DNA of 64,000 nt from an uncultured Christensenellaceae bacterium (lineage in GTDB: Bacteria; Bacillota; Clostridia; Christensenellales; CAG-1252), in contig CAZLNZ010000006.1 in the NCBI GenBank assembly GCA_964561145.1, forward strand, positions 1 through 64,000. The letters are read 5' to 3'. Positions 48,197 to 60,400 of this stretch are shown in pieces. Position numbers and translations under genes: made by a program. The notes beneath the pieces were generated by a model. That model ran no database searches. It was not told the DNA's origin and saw nothing but the letters and a program-made list of their open reading frames with translations. How positions within the stretch are numbered: the stretch's first letter is position 1; each line of letters opens with the position of its first letter.

Positions 48197-50548
48197 GTGA
48201 TGGAAAAAAGATCATTTATATTACTTATCTGTTTGGTATTGGCTTTGTCGCTTACAATGACTTTTGTTGCGTGCGATAATTCTACCGAAAAAGAAACACT
48301 TGCTGCACCAAAAGGATTAAAAGTTAGTGATACCGGCTTGATAACATGGAATGCCGTTGAAAATGCAAGCGGTTACATTGTTACCGTTAACGGTGTAAAG
48401 AATATCGTTTGCGAAACACAATATCAGGGAAATAGCGACGAGAGTTTTACCTTCTTCGTTATAGCAACGGCAGAGGGATATAATAATTCTCCCTCTACGA
48501 TGAGTTTGACCTATACGCCCTCTACAAAACCCGTAGAACCGGATGTGCCTGTCGTTCCGACACCTGATCTTAGCGGTGTCACTGTTGCAATTAAGGGCAC
48601 CTCTGAAGTTAGAAGCGGAAAGAGCGTTACGCTTACCGCGAATGTTAGTGGAGCAGAGGATACCTCTGTTGTGTGGGCTGTTACCGAGGGTGGTGAGTTT
48701 GCCGGTATCGATGAAAACGGTATAGTCACCGCTAAAGAGGTAAGCGGCGATAAGACTATAGTAATCACTGCGACAAGCGTTGCAAACAATGAAAAAAGTG
48801 CTACAAAGATTATGACAGTTGTAGCTCGCCCCGAGCTTACTCAAGCTATGCTCGATTATGTTGCGAATCAAGATAAGATAGGCTTTGAGGGATATATAAA
48901 CATTAGCGTGTATTCTATCGGACTTTTTGAAAAGCTAGAAACAAACTATTCAACCGTTATCAAGACTTCCTTAGACGGCACAAACTGGTATGCAGAATAT
49001 GAAAATGCTTCCGCAGGAGTGAAGAGTGCTCTTTACTATAAAAAGTACAATGATTTAGCTTGTCAAGTAAGTGTTAGCTTTATGAATGAGGAGAGTTACA
49101 CTCCAATGGTCGAGAATGACAATGAGGTTAAGTGGAAGGATTCCGGCTTATATAATAACTTTGTCGGATTGACTGTCGAGGATTTTATATTTGACGAGGA
49201 AATCTGGAGATACAAGTATGTTGGAAAAGACGAAACTCTTGTTCAAAGAATGGTGGCAAGTGCTAACCCTTATGATTTCAAGGCAAAGGAATTTTCTTTG
49301 ATTATTGATGACGGAGAAGTAGTAGGTATTTATGCTTTAAGCGGAGATCATTATGAAATACTTGAGGGTTACAGAGCTGTTCAGGAATTGTTTGTAGCGG
49401 TAGGAATAGGAGAAACTGTAGAGGTTCCCACGATAACAAAGTACTCTCACGAGGATATTCATGACGAGCTTAAGACCGCAATCGATAATATGCATGCATT
49501 AGATTCATATAAATTAACCTTTAAGGAGATAACAAAGTCCTATTTATCGACAACTTATACCGAAAAGGGCTTTACCGAATACATAACCAATGATCTGTAT
49601 TACTTCGTTCCGTTCAGTGTTAGCTATGATACCTATGGTAAAGAGGTTCATAACGATGACTTAACTAATACCTACGGATACAAAAGGATGTCGGATGGTC
49701 TGTACAACTCCTTCTATTCGATTGATGATGACAGATATTCGGCAAATCGTGCTTTCGATGGAGATCTAAGTGAAGCTAAACCAAGCTTTGCTTTCGCTGC
49801 CGAGCTTTTCCGCAAGTATTACAAGGATGAAGAGGATGGAAGCATTACATATTATGTTGACTCCGTTATGAGTTCTGTTGCATCAACTTTCTATTATAGT
49901 GTAGGAAACAGTGATGTTAATATGTATGGTATTTTCGCAACCGAGGGCTACACCTCAAGCACGGACAGCTTTACCCCATACGTTGTTGTAAAGGATGGTT
50001 ATATTCAAAGTGCCTGTTTCTATTATTATATGGGTTCCCTTTATGGAGTAGTTGAATTAACGTATAGCGATTTCAACGAAACCGAAATACCCGAAGGGGT
50101 TGAGGTTGAGTTCGATACGCGTAATGTACCTACTTCTTGGGAAGAGCTTACCATAGAGGTTTCAATAGATTCTTCCTCCACAAGTGAAGATGAAACTGTA
50201 AATGCCTTGGCTTATTTGAAAAAGTTCTTTGACGATGAAGATATTGCCGAGAATCTCCCCTTCTTTGGTAACGTTTTGGGAGATACGTATGGTTTTGGTA
50301 TGACATCTTATCGTATCCCGTATGGAACGACTAACGCCGAGCCCTCTATAATAATGTACTATGACGTTCCATTGGATTTAGACTATACCATAGACTCTTC
50401 ACTTAACGCAATCGGCAATTATTTGGAGTCCTTGGGCTTTGAAAAGAACGGTGGCGGCGAGTACATTTTAGGCGATGTATGCGTTCTTCCCATGGATAAT
50501 AGTCTGGATTTGATAATCTATGTTTGGAAAAATCCCAAGAGTGCATAA
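48197..50548 (+). CDS. Hypothetical lipoprotein (783 aa) with an N-terminal Fn3/Big_2-like Ig domain.
   Basis: Lipobox FVAC. Big_2-like segment VTLTANVSGAEDTSVVWAVTEGGEFAGIDENGIVTAKEV. Its C-terminal module is paralogous to the next gene. Confidence 0.65.
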   Translation: MMEKRSFILLICLVLALSLTMTFVACDNSTEKETLAAPKGLKVSDTGLITWNAVENASGYIVTVNGVKNIVCETQYQGNSDESFTFFVIATAEGYNNSPSTMSLTYTPSTKPVEPDVPVVPTPDLSGVTVAIKGTSEVRSGKSVTLTANVSGAEDTSVVWAVTEGGEFAGIDENGIVTAKEVSGDKTIVITATSVANNEKSATKIMTVVARPELTQAMLDYVANQDKIGFEGYINISVYSIGLFEKLETNYSTVIKTSLDGTNWYAEYENASAGVKSALYYKKYNDLACQVSVSFMNEESYTPMVENDNEVKWKDSGLYNNFVGLTVEDFIFDEEIWRYKYVGKDETLVQRMVASANPYDFKAKEFSLIIDDGEVVGIYALSGDHYEILEGYRAVQELFVAVGIGETVEVPTITKYSHEDIHDELKTAIDNMHALDSYKLTFKEITKSYLSTTYTEKGFTEYITNDLYYFVPFSVSYDTYGKEVHNDDLTNTYGYKRMSDGLYNSFYSIDDDRYSANRAFDGDLSEAKPSFAFAAELFRKYYKDEEDGSITYYVDSVMSSVASTFYYSVGNSDVNMYGIFATEGYTSSTDSFTPYVVVKDGYIQSACFYYYMGSLYGVVELTYSDFNETEIPEGVEVEFDTRNVPTSWEELTIEVSIDSSSTSEDETVNALAYLKKFFDDEDIAENLPFFGNVLGDTYGFGMTSYRIPYGTTNAEPSIIMYYDVPLDLDYTIDSSLNAIGNYLESLGFEKNGGGEYILGDVCVLPMDNSLDLIIYVWKNPKSA

Positions 50549-50771
50549 ACGTATAAAAAATACATATTGGTATTCTAAGGGTGTGATGTACCATTTTGTA
50601 AAAAAATCTTATAAAACAATACATTTTTTTCACAAAAGGGGTTAAAATCTTTTGGAAAACGGGTGTGCAATGTTTTATAATTAATTATCGCATAAATCGA
50701 ATGTATTTTTTATGCGATTAAAAATGAATAAATGTATATTTATTCGATAGATAATATTTTAGGAGAATAAT

Positions 50772-53444
50772 ATGAAAAAGAAAGGTCTATTAACAATTGC
50801 TATTTCCGTTATCGTAATCATGGCTGTTGCATTAACACTTGTTGCTTGCGATGATGTTAAGGATGTAGCCGAAACGATTTCAATAAGCGTTAGTTCTGCT
50901 GAAATCAGCGAAGGTGATTCAGTTAGCTTGAGCGTATCAACATCGAAGGGTAGCTCTTACCAAATAAGTGTATCTGAACCCGGCTTGATTTCCATTGATG
51001 CAGATGGCGGAATTAGCGTGATAGGCAAAACAGATCAAGATAAAAATGTTACAATAACAGCTTCTCTAGTGGAGAATCCTTCTATTTTTAATAGTGTAAG
51101 CATTTTGGTTAAAGCTAATTCAACTCCCAGCTTTACAATTACCGCTACCTCCAATGTTTCGATATTAACATCTGACGGAAGTGCTGTAATAACCGTAAAC
51201 GTATCTGACGGAAGCGGGTATGTACTATCTGTTAAGAACGATGATGAGACCGTTGAAATCAATGGTAGCACGGTTACAGTTAAGAATGTACCTAGCATTG
51301 ATAAGTATGTAACTATCGTTGCCACCTCTACGGTTGATTCTAATGTTACAGGAAGCGTTAATCTTTTGATAAAGGCAGACGTTATTCAAGGTCAAGTTGG
51401 AGAATTAACCTCTGATATGATTTCTGCATTGGGTAATGCTAGCATAACCATTTCGGGAACCGTAACAGATTATTACCAAGACTGTAATGACGGCTCGAAT
51501 AACACTAAACACGAGTATAAGACCTATATCGAGATGGAAGACGGAAAATGGAATGGTTCTTGGTATGCTCAAGAAAAGAATCAGAACGTTATCGAGTATT
51601 ACTATCGTAAGGGTAGCTCGATTGTAACCAATTCTGACGGTGTAAGCGGATCCTCCTTCGATAAGGTATATATCAACAAGGACAATGTTGCTACACAAAA
51701 GACTATAACCGACTATAACAGCATTTCTTCGGTATGGGATACCCAACATTTATGGAACCATCTCGGAAATCTTAATGTAAACAAGTTTAGCTATGATCCT
51801 AGCGAACCCGATACATATATTTACAACTTCGATGCAAATAGCATGGATGATCAATATTTGATGACCTATCTTGCGATTTGTATGACTCCTATGCTTGGAA
51901 ATTCTGATACTTTCTATACCTTTGCATTGATTGTTGAAGACGGTGTTATTACGAAGATTAAGGCACAAACCGAAGTTATCTATTATGAAGGAGGATATGA
52001 GATCGAGGATGCAAGCGAGCAGGATAATGCGGATACCATCACCTATACCGATGCTATATTTGAGATTTCAAATGTAGGTTGTACAAAGGTTGCCGATCCC
52101 GCTCCCTACGAGGAGACCAGATATGGCGATAAGCTTGCCGAGGCATTGGCAAAGATGAACAATGCAAAAAATTATACCTTTGATGTAACTGAAACATATA
52201 CCTATAAGCCTACAACCGATTCCGATGATTATAGCTATGCAGATGCAACTGACGTATCTAAGCCCGTTGACTATATTTCTGCAACAGGAAAGGAAGGTGT
52301 CAAGGGTTGGGTAACCGCGGAAGGTGCTTTATTCGCTACTACGGGTATGTACACATATACCTCTGACGGAAAACCTTACCATACTTCTCACAGCGGTTAT
52401 AAGCAATTTGATGGCTATTACGAGGAGTTTGTATTCAATGCTACTGCTTACGAGGTAGGCACACAGATAGACAATGACGGAAATGAGGTTAAGGTATACA
52501 GAACCGCAATGCAAGGTAAAAAGCATGTAGCAGGTTCTATGTTTGACAAACTTCCTACCTTCGATCTTTCTCCCAATATATTTAGATTTGCAGGTTCCAC
52601 TGAGGACGAGTACGGCAATATCTCTTATAAGTTTGTTTTAAGAGATTCTACAATTTCCCGTGAGGTTGCTTGTGAAATCGCACGTTATGACGAAGCAAAG
52701 AACGCAGAGGAGAGCATCAGCCAAAGCTTAACGATTGTCATCGACGGAAACGGAAACATTGTATCGACGTTAATTCCCTTCTCGATTACCTACGGAACCT
52801 ATACAGGTTATTATCAAACTTCATTCTCCGATGTAGGAAGCACAGAGCTTCCCGCAGGTACCTTTGAGGACTATGTTGAGCGTGAAATTCCCGATAGCTG
52901 GAACGAATTTACGCTTACCGACTACTACTATTTGCACACTAACGACCATACCAATAATTACGGATGCTATGACGGAACCGATTGGGATTGCTCCAAGGGT
53001 ACCCACGTTGCCGCTGCAGACTATGTATTCACTCAAATCTTCGGTGAGGATGCTGTTAAAAACGATTTAATCAGCCCTGCAGCCTTTGTTGAAATCTTCG
53101 GAGATAACACTCATGGTCCTTGGTATCACGATAGAGAGACTTCCGCTGAAAATGTATGGTTAGAGTATTTATCCATAACAACTCAAACCGACATCTATGA
53201 CGAGAATATGAAGGTTAATGACGAACTATTTGCAGACCTCTATAACAAGATGAAGGAAGTTATGGCAAAATACGGTTATACATTGTCTGAAGGCAATACC
53301 GATATTTCCGGTGGAAAATCAGGACAATCCGATCGTTATGTAACCTTTATTAAAGGTGATGTTCAAATCGTTATTCAAAACAATCACACCAAGAATTTCT
53401 GGATTTACTTCTATAAGACAGGTGATTGGACTTTAAGCAAATAA
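50772..53444 (+). CDS. Hypothetical lipoprotein (890 aa) with Ig-like N-terminal domains. Paralog of 48197..50548 in its C-terminal part.
   Basis: Lipobox LVAC. Shared motifs FSDVGSTELPAGTFEDYVEREIPDSWNEFTL and YSDFNETEIPEGVEVEFDTRNVPTSWEELTI. Confidence 0.65.
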   Translation: MKKKGLLTIAISVIVIMAVALTLVACDDVKDVAETISISVSSAEISEGDSVSLSVSTSKGSSYQISVSEPGLISIDADGGISVIGKTDQDKNVTITASLVENPSIFNSVSILVKANSTPSFTITATSNVSILTSDGSAVITVNVSDGSGYVLSVKNDDETVEINGSTVTVKNVPSIDKYVTIVATSTVDSNVTGSVNLLIKADVIQGQVGELTSDMISALGNASITISGTVTDYYQDCNDGSNNTKHEYKTYIEMEDGKWNGSWYAQEKNQNVIEYYYRKGSSIVTNSDGVSGSSFDKVYINKDNVATQKTITDYNSISSVWDTQHLWNHLGNLNVNKFSYDPSEPDTYIYNFDANSMDDQYLMTYLAICMTPMLGNSDTFYTFALIVEDGVITKIKAQTEVIYYEGGYEIEDASEQDNADTITYTDAIFEISNVGCTKVADPAPYEETRYGDKLAEALAKMNNAKNYTFDVTETYTYKPTTDSDDYSYADATDVSKPVDYISATGKEGVKGWVTAEGALFATTGMYTYTSDGKPYHTSHSGYKQFDGYYEEFVFNATAYEVGTQIDNDGNEVKVYRTAMQGKKHVAGSMFDKLPTFDLSPNIFRFAGSTEDEYGNISYKFVLRDSTISREVACEIARYDEAKNAEESISQSLTIVIDGNGNIVSTLIPFSITYGTYTGYYQTSFSDVGSTELPAGTFEDYVEREIPDSWNEFTLTDYYYLHTNDHTNNYGCYDGTDWDCSKGTHVAAADYVFTQIFGEDAVKNDLISPAAFVEIFGDNTHGPWYHDRETSAENVWLEYLSITTQTDIYDENMKVNDELFADLYNKMKEVMAKYGYTLSEGNTDISGGKSGQSDRYVTFIKGDVQIVIQNNHTKNFWIYFYKTGDWTLSK

Positions 53445-53532
53445 GATTTAACAATAAAAAACACCCTTCTAATAAGCATATTCCCCGAAAAGAAAGGGGA
53501 GTATGCTTATTGCAAATTATAAGGACCTATAT

Positions 53533-56500
53533 ATGAGAAAGTTTGCAAAAATCATTTTAATATTGACAATTACCATGATACTTGTTTTGGCAGTTGGCTG
53601 TAATAACGAGGGTAATAATCCCGAACCGATTAATCCCACCCCCGATATTCCTACTCCATCCGAAACGGTATACACACTTTCTCCTCTCCAAGACTCTGTG
53701 GAACTTATGGAGAAGGAAATCTTTTCTTATGATTTCACAAAGCTTTTTGAAATAAGAAGCGGTTCTCTTGTAAAGACCGTTTTACCTTCATATATAGACA
53801 TATCCAAGCTTCCCACAAAGGAAGGAGTGGGGACTGTTTCTTGTACCTATGAAGATCAAGTTGCAAGTGTCAAGGTTACGATTCTTCCCCCGGTATATGA
53901 TGTTGAACTGTTAGTTGACGAGGTTTCCCTTTTTGACGAAGAGGTAAAGGGATATGATTTTAACTCTCTTTTTAAGGTTACAAAAGACGGTGATTCAATA
54001 TCTGTTACCGAGAGTATGGTATCGACAAACCTATCCACGGTAAAGGGAGAGTATTTTTATACAGTGACAAAGGGAGGAAAGAGCAAGACCTTAAAGATAT
54101 TTGTAGATAGAAAGGCAACTTGTGTTATTTATAAAGCTTATCAAGAGCTTTCGATTCCTTTTGAAGTTGTAGATAATTATGACTATTTGTCTCTCTTTAA
54201 TTTATATGTTGACGGTGTAATAACTTCAAAGGAAAAGGGCATTCTGGATTCCTCGGAAAAGTCGGGAAAAACAATAGGCGATTCTTTTTATGTTACCTAT
54301 AAGTATACAATTTCCGAAGATGACTATACCGAATCTATAAAGATTAACGTTGTAGCCGAGCCCGATTATGAGGTTAACGCAAAGAGTGTTGTCGTATATC
54401 CTAATAGCGGTTATCTTGATTTGACAAGTCTATTTGAGATAACCAAGGCAGGAGAAATAATACCTGTCACAATCGATATGATATCGGGAGAGGTCGATTA
54501 TCAATCACTTGGCATAAATACAATTACCCTTTTGTTTAACGGAGTCGAATATAAAGCTACTGTCGAAGTTAAGCGTGGGGTATTGATAGAAACGCCGAAA
54601 AGTGTCGTTACGATAAGAAAAGGTACCGATAAGCAAACTTATGCTTTTGCCGATGACTTTCTTTTACAGATAAACGGAGTACGCTTTGAGGCAATAGATA
54701 AGTATGTCGATTGCGAGTCTGTAAACTTTGACGAGGTTGGAGAGTATATCGCAACCTTGACGGTAAAATATAACGAAAACACCTTTTCACTTACAAAGCC
54801 TGTTGCCTTTGAAGAGTATTCAAAGAGTATCACATATATCGTGGTCGAGAATGAATATGAGGCAAGCGTTAAAGAGGAAAGCGTGGTTTTGGTAGAGGGA
54901 ACCGAAAGCTATAATATTTATAGCAATCTTAGTGTTACTATAAACGGGAAGAAACAAGCTTTCGTCGAGAATCCGAATTCTGTTGACGTTATTTCCTGTT
55001 ATGTTAAATGTATCTCCGAGCCCGTCGATTTTACGAATCCTGCGGAGCAAGAAGTAATCATTGAAGTTTATGTAAACGGTGTAAATGCAGCACCTATAGA
55101 GCTTAAGTATAACATAAGGATACAATCGACAATAGATATAGAAACACAGGATATAGTGGCGTTTACAGGAGACAACGTATATCCTTATGATATGTTTAAA
55201 GTTTTTTCAAACGGAATTGCCGTAGACTATGATAAGTCCTGTGTAAGCGGAGTATATTCTCTGGATGTAGCGGGAGTATATACCCTCGAGATTGAATACG
55301 AGCGTATAAAGAAGAGTGCAACTTTAACTGTTTTAGATCGTGATGTTTTAGGAATATACGAAACAGCATTGAGAACTATAGCCGTTGAAGAGGAAATAGA
55401 CGATGAAGGATATGTATCTACAGATGCAGTCAGCTCTAAAAAGATAGGTAATATGGAATTCCTGTCCTTTGATTCCTTGAAAATTGCGGGAGTTAACGTT
55501 ACCGAGCTAAAAGCACTTGAAAACGGCAATTTATATCTTAAGTTATCGAATTGGGAATATGAGGCTACATTCTCTGACGGAATAGCCTTTATTAATCCGA
55601 TAAATAAAAACAACTTCAATTTCAGTGATAGCTATCGCCCCTTCTTGTATATCAATAAGTCGGTTTGGTCTATAGATCAAAGATTGATTATCAATGAAAA
55701 GAAATCTTATGTTTTAGAATATGATTATGCACCCTGTTATTCTATTGATGCCTTTAAGCTTACCAGAGTAGACGGAAGTGAAACCAAGTGGATTGCGATG
55801 AAGACAGACTTTTTGTCGCACATGAATAATGACTATATTTACTCTGCAACCTATGGCGAATGTGAACTTGCCGATGGTACATCGTTTATCGCAGGAAGCG
55901 AAAGCTATCTTGTTTATGAGGATAAGACCTATTTCTTTGAGCTTTCAAGGAAAACCGAAGGGCAGGTAACCGACTCGGAGAATGTAAACAAAAACAGTGA
56001 GATATTCGGAAAGACCTTTGAGGGAGTCGTTGATGGTAAATCCGCAACCCTTAGAGTGTCCTCGATCGGTCGCATTTCATATATTGTCGGTAGCTCCGTT
56101 TGGGTATCCGAGGTGGATATAGGGGCGATGAAAAACGGTGGTTTCAATTCTTCTGAAAGCACTCTGTTGATTTATGATTATAGTGGAAATGAGGGTAATT
56201 TTTATTCCTATAAATATTTGCTTGACTTGACGAATTCCACTTTTGTACCATTAAATAAAGATGTGGTTTTCGGAAAATTCGTTTTAGATAGTGTATACTA
56301 TTTCTTCGATGGTTATGGAACGGGTGTTGTGTGCTTCGATTCTAGTAGTTATACTACGTATTCCTTTGAATATACTGTTTTCGGAAGTCAAATTGACCTT
56401 TCTTATAAGACAGCAATTGCAAAGGAGGTCGAGGACGGGATATCTTCATTCTTCCTTGACGATTTCGGGAATGTAATAACGGAAAAAAACGATAATAATT

Positions 56501-57300
56501 CGGGACAAGTGTTTGAAAATGCATTTATTACAGATGGAGCCATTGTAATTATTGGTGATAACATGGTAGGTGCAGGTAGTTCCGCAACTGCCAAAAATGA
56601 ACTTCTTAACTCGATTAAGATAGTAACAAAAGATGGCGAATTGACCATTGAACAAAAGAAAAGTGTTGTTAAAACTAATACCATAAAGTTTAGCGAGGAA
56701 GGCTTTTATCAATATTCCATAACTTTGCCTGTCGGTGATAAAGAAGTGACTTCATATTACGCAGTGAGGATAATACCTAAGTACGAGGGCATCGAAGATA
56801 TTATCGGACGTTATTCTCCAACCTCCACAGCGGGTGCATACCTTATTATCGATGAGTACGGAAGGGTAAAGCTAACAGCCGATGGTGTGGAATATATCGG
56901 ATTTGTTACAAGAACACAAAACGGTTTTATTTCCGTTGCTACAAATAACGGTAAGAAGGCGATCATACAAGGTACGTTGATATCCGATGGCTTATTCAGA
57001 ATAAGTGTTCAAGGAGATGCAAGACTTACGGATTTCTTTACAAGAGGAACAATAAAAGCAATAGGTTGCGAAGAGCTGTTGTTAAGAGAGTATATCAACG
57101 GTGATTTGAAGACTTATGCTATCTTTAATATGGGAAGCTTTGGTGAGCTTTGTGAAGTGGTTGTCTTGAACGACATGGAGATTAGCGAGAAGGGTGCAAT
57201 ACTCAAAATACTCTTTAGCGGAAAATCGGTATTTGTAAAGGTCAACGCTTGGGGCGATCTTGAAGAAGGACTTACTGTTTTGTGGGACTATATAGAGTAG
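53533..57300 (+). CDS. Hypothetical large lipoprotein (~1255 aa).
   Basis: Lipobox AVGC. The start is placed at ATG 53533 (MRKFAKIILIL..) rather than the ORF-track 53503. No recognised catalytic motif. Confidence 0.6.
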   Translation: MRKFAKIILILTITMILVLAVGCNNEGNNPEPINPTPDIPTPSETVYTLSPLQDSVELMEKEIFSYDFTKLFEIRSGSLVKTVLPSYIDISKLPTKEGVGTVSCTYEDQVASVKVTILPPVYDVELLVDEVSLFDEEVKGYDFNSLFKVTKDGDSISVTESMVSTNLSTVKGEYFYTVTKGGKSKTLKIFVDRKATCVIYKAYQELSIPFEVVDNYDYLSLFNLYVDGVITSKEKGILDSSEKSGKTIGDSFYVTYKYTISEDDYTESIKINVVAEPDYEVNAKSVVVYPNSGYLDLTSLFEITKAGEIIPVTIDMISGEVDYQSLGINTITLLFNGVEYKATVEVKRGVLIETPKSVVTIRKGTDKQTYAFADDFLLQINGVRFEAIDKYVDCESVNFDEVGEYIATLTVKYNENTFSLTKPVAFEEYSKSITYIVVENEYEASVKEESVVLVEGTESYNIYSNLSVTINGKKQAFVENPNSVDVISCYVKCISEPVDFTNPAEQEVIIEVYVNGVNAAPIELKYNIRIQSTIDIETQDIVAFTGDNVYPYDMFKVFSNGIAVDYDKSCVSGVYSLDVAGVYTLEIEYERIKKSATLTVLDRDVLGIYETALRTIAVEEEIDDEGYVSTDAVSSKKIGNMEFLSFDSLKIAGVNVTELKALENGNLYLKLSNWEYEATFSDGIAFINPINKNNFNFSDSYRPFLYINKSVWSIDQRLIINEKKSYVLEYDYAPCYSIDAFKLTRVDGSETKWIAMKTDFLSHMNNDYIYSATYGECELADGTSFIAGSESYLVYEDKTYFFELSRKTEGQVTDSENVNKNSEIFGKTFEGVVDGKSATLRVSSIGRISYIVGSSVWVSEVDIGAMKNGGFNSSESTLLIYDYSGNEGNFYSYKYLLDLTNSTFVPLNKDVVFGKFVLDSVYYFFDGYGTGVVCFDSSSYTTYSFEYTVFGSQIDLSYKTAIAKEVEDGISSFFLDDFGNVITEKNDNNSGQVFENAFITDGAIVIIGDNMVGAGSSATAKNELLNSIKIVTKDGELTIEQKKSVVKTNTIKFSEEGFYQYSITLPVGDKEVTSYYAVRIIPKYEGIEDIIGRYSPTSTAGAYLIIDEYGRVKLTADGVEYIGFVTRTQNGFISVATNNGKKAIIQGTLISDGLFRISVQGDARLTDFFTRGTIKAIGCEELLLREYINGDLKTYAIFNMGSFGELCEVVVLNDMEISEKGAILKILFSGKSVFVKVNAWGDLEEGLTVLWDYIE

Positions 57301-57444
57301 TTTAGGTCAATGTACCTATTCATTGTAATAAAAAAAGATGAATTATATTGGATAATATAATCAACTGATAACGGTTTTAAGTAAGGCTTGAGCCGTATTT
57401 GAGTTTAATATGCTCAATAAAAAATAATAAAAGGAGATGTAACT

Positions 57445-60400
57445 ATGAGAAAGAAAGTGACACTGATATTGGTATCTCTCATATTGGTATTATGCTCATT
57501 GTCATTGTTAGTTGCTTGTAACCATACTCATACATTTGGTGATTGGACAATAACAGTGACTCCGGAAGCAAATAAACAGGGAGTTGCCGAGAGGGTATGT
57601 ACTGACTGTGGCGAAAAAGAAAGTGTTAGTATTCCTAGTCTCACTGATGACAAAGTATGGACCGTGAACATCGTGGATGCTACAGAGTCTGCCGATGGAA
57701 AAGAGATCTATACTTCGGAATATGGTACAGTGGAGATAAAAATTCCTGCAACCGGACATATCTGGAGAGAATTGGTTTCAGACGAATATCTTGCAAGTGC
57801 TGCAACCTGTACGGAGTCTGCTACATATTACAAAAGCTGTGCTTGCGGTGAAAAGAGCAGTGAGGTATTCTCTCACGGAGATCCGTTAGATCACGACTTT
57901 AGCGAACTTCATGCAAAGGTTGATGCTAACTGTATTGCTGACGGACATGTTGAGTATAAGACCTGCTCAAGATGTGAAAAGAATTTTTCTGCAGATGGAA
58001 AGGAATTGGATAGTATAGTTATTGCAACGGATTCTTCCGCACATAGCTTTGGCACTTGGGTTGACGAAGTGTCTGCAACCTGTTCGGCAGAAGGTGTTAA
58101 GGCACATAAGGATTGTACATTGTGCGGAAAGTATTTCGATAACGACGGAATAGAAATAGTAGACCTAGTTATTGCAAAAAATGCCTCTGCACACAGTTTC
58201 GGTGCTTGGGTTGATGAGGTTTCCTCTAGCTGTAGCAAAGAGGGTGTTAAAGGGCATAAGGACTGTTCTCTTTGCGGAAAACATTTTGATGCAGATAACG
58301 TTGAAATTGCCGATTTATCAATTGCAAAGCTTAACCATACATTTGCTGAAATCGTGAGTGATGATACCCTATCAAGCGGTGCAAATTGTCAAAGCCCTGC
58401 AGTTTATTATAAATCCTGTTCCGTATGTCACGTTAAGAGTGAAGAAACCTTCACTTGTGGCGAAATTGGCACGCACACTGATGAGAACGGAGTATGTACA
58501 ATTTGTAATAAGATCAAGGTTGCTATTGACAAAAACGACGGAAGTGATGCAACCATTTTCCATGTTGAGGCTAACTCTTTATTGGATGAAGCATTACTTT
58601 CTGCTCCTACTCTAGAAAATAATAGATTTTTGGGTTGGTTAGTAGAGGGCAATGCATTTGCTGCTAACACTCCTATTACCTCTTCTATAACGATAAAGGC
58701 AGGTTGGGCAGATTATTCAGGCTTCGCTAACAAAAATTATCGTTATGCTTATACAACCAATGGCGGTGTAGCACTCAATTATTCTACCGTTGATTATAAC
58801 ATCGCAACCAATGATGAGGGTATAGCAATTGTTGTTGGCGGAAATACATCTGCACCCGTTTATCCCGGTAGTACACTTTCTTTTGCTTGGTTGGATAAGG
58901 CAAAAGGCTTAGCGTACATTGTAGAAAGCTATAGCTATACTTCTGACAGTAGTTCTGACGATGACGACGAAGGTTGGGGTTCATCATCTTCTTCGACAAC
59001 TTCGGGTGTAAGATACTATTTAGCTCTTGTTGATAGCGAAAGCGGAATTATCTTAAGAGCACAGTATTCCTTAACAGAAATGCCTGACGCAACTGCTAGC
59101 TTCAAGGTTGGAGCAAGTGCCTTTATGCTAGTACCTACAGAGGCAAATGTTGAGGCAGTAAGCTCCGATGATTATAAAGGCAGTAAGCTTGATTCCCAAG
59201 CAGGATGGATATTTGTAATTTCCTATAAGGGTACAACCATTTATATATCGGATAATAATGTTTACTTTGGTGTTAGCGTTTGTGACTTAAGCGGCAACGC
59301 TCTCAGTGCAGATTCTGTAAATAATTCTGATTCAGTCATTATTTCAAAGGGTGACGAGGTTATCGCACGTTTTGGAAAGGTTGAAAAGAAGTTCGCTTCT
59401 CTTGACCAATACGCAGGATATTATACACAAGGAGATAATACTCTTGTTGTTTCAGGTTTAGGAACCTTTGTATTAGGCGACAAGATAGGTAACTACACCG
59501 TGGCACTCGGTGATTACACCTTAGATGCTTATGTCGTTGTAGATGGGGTAAATGTAGAATATGCACAAATCACACTCAACGGAGCAAGCTATACTATTGT
59601 ATATCCTACTGCACGTATTATCTTTGTATCAAACGAGGATGGTACAACGGCACCTGATGCGGGCGACTATAATATCAATATCGTTCCCAGCCTTCCTGTA
59701 ATGGATAATACAATGACAAAGACATTTAAGGGTTGGGCATTAGCAGACGGAACCATTGTTTCTTCTTCATATGTTGTTACAGAGGATATCACGGTTACTG
59801 CTGTTTGGGCAGATAAGGTTGTTGTAAACATTATCAATAGTTATGGTAACGTATCCGTTATTTACCTCGGAGAGGGGGATGCAATCGGTGATTATCTTGA
59901 AGCTTGTATCGGTGAAAGCGATGAATATTATTTCATTGGCTGGTATATCGATATGAATGCTAACGGTATGATTGACGAAGGCGACATTATTGTTGATGAT
60001 GAAGCAATTATTAGTGCCGAAGATACCGGACTTACGGTTATTGCAAAGTGGGAACGCATTCCTGCGTATGTAGGTAGTTATACAGGAAGTTTCTTAAGGA
60101 ATGCAGGATATTGCTACGGCTCCTCTAAGAGTTTAACCATTTCTGTTAATGGTGAGATTAGCGGCACTTACAGCGGAAACGTTGTTTCCTATGCTGACGG
60201 AAAACTACTATGGATTGATAGTAGCTCTAAACAACATACCTTCCTCTTTGACGAAGGCGGGGAAATAATCGTTTACCTTATAAGCGAAAGCGGATACGAC
60301 TATGCTGTATTTGGCAAGGATCTGGCTAAAGACGGAAAGGTTACCCTACAAAAGGGCGTAAATGCTCCTTTGCAGGGAAATGAAAGTACTGTAAAAAACT

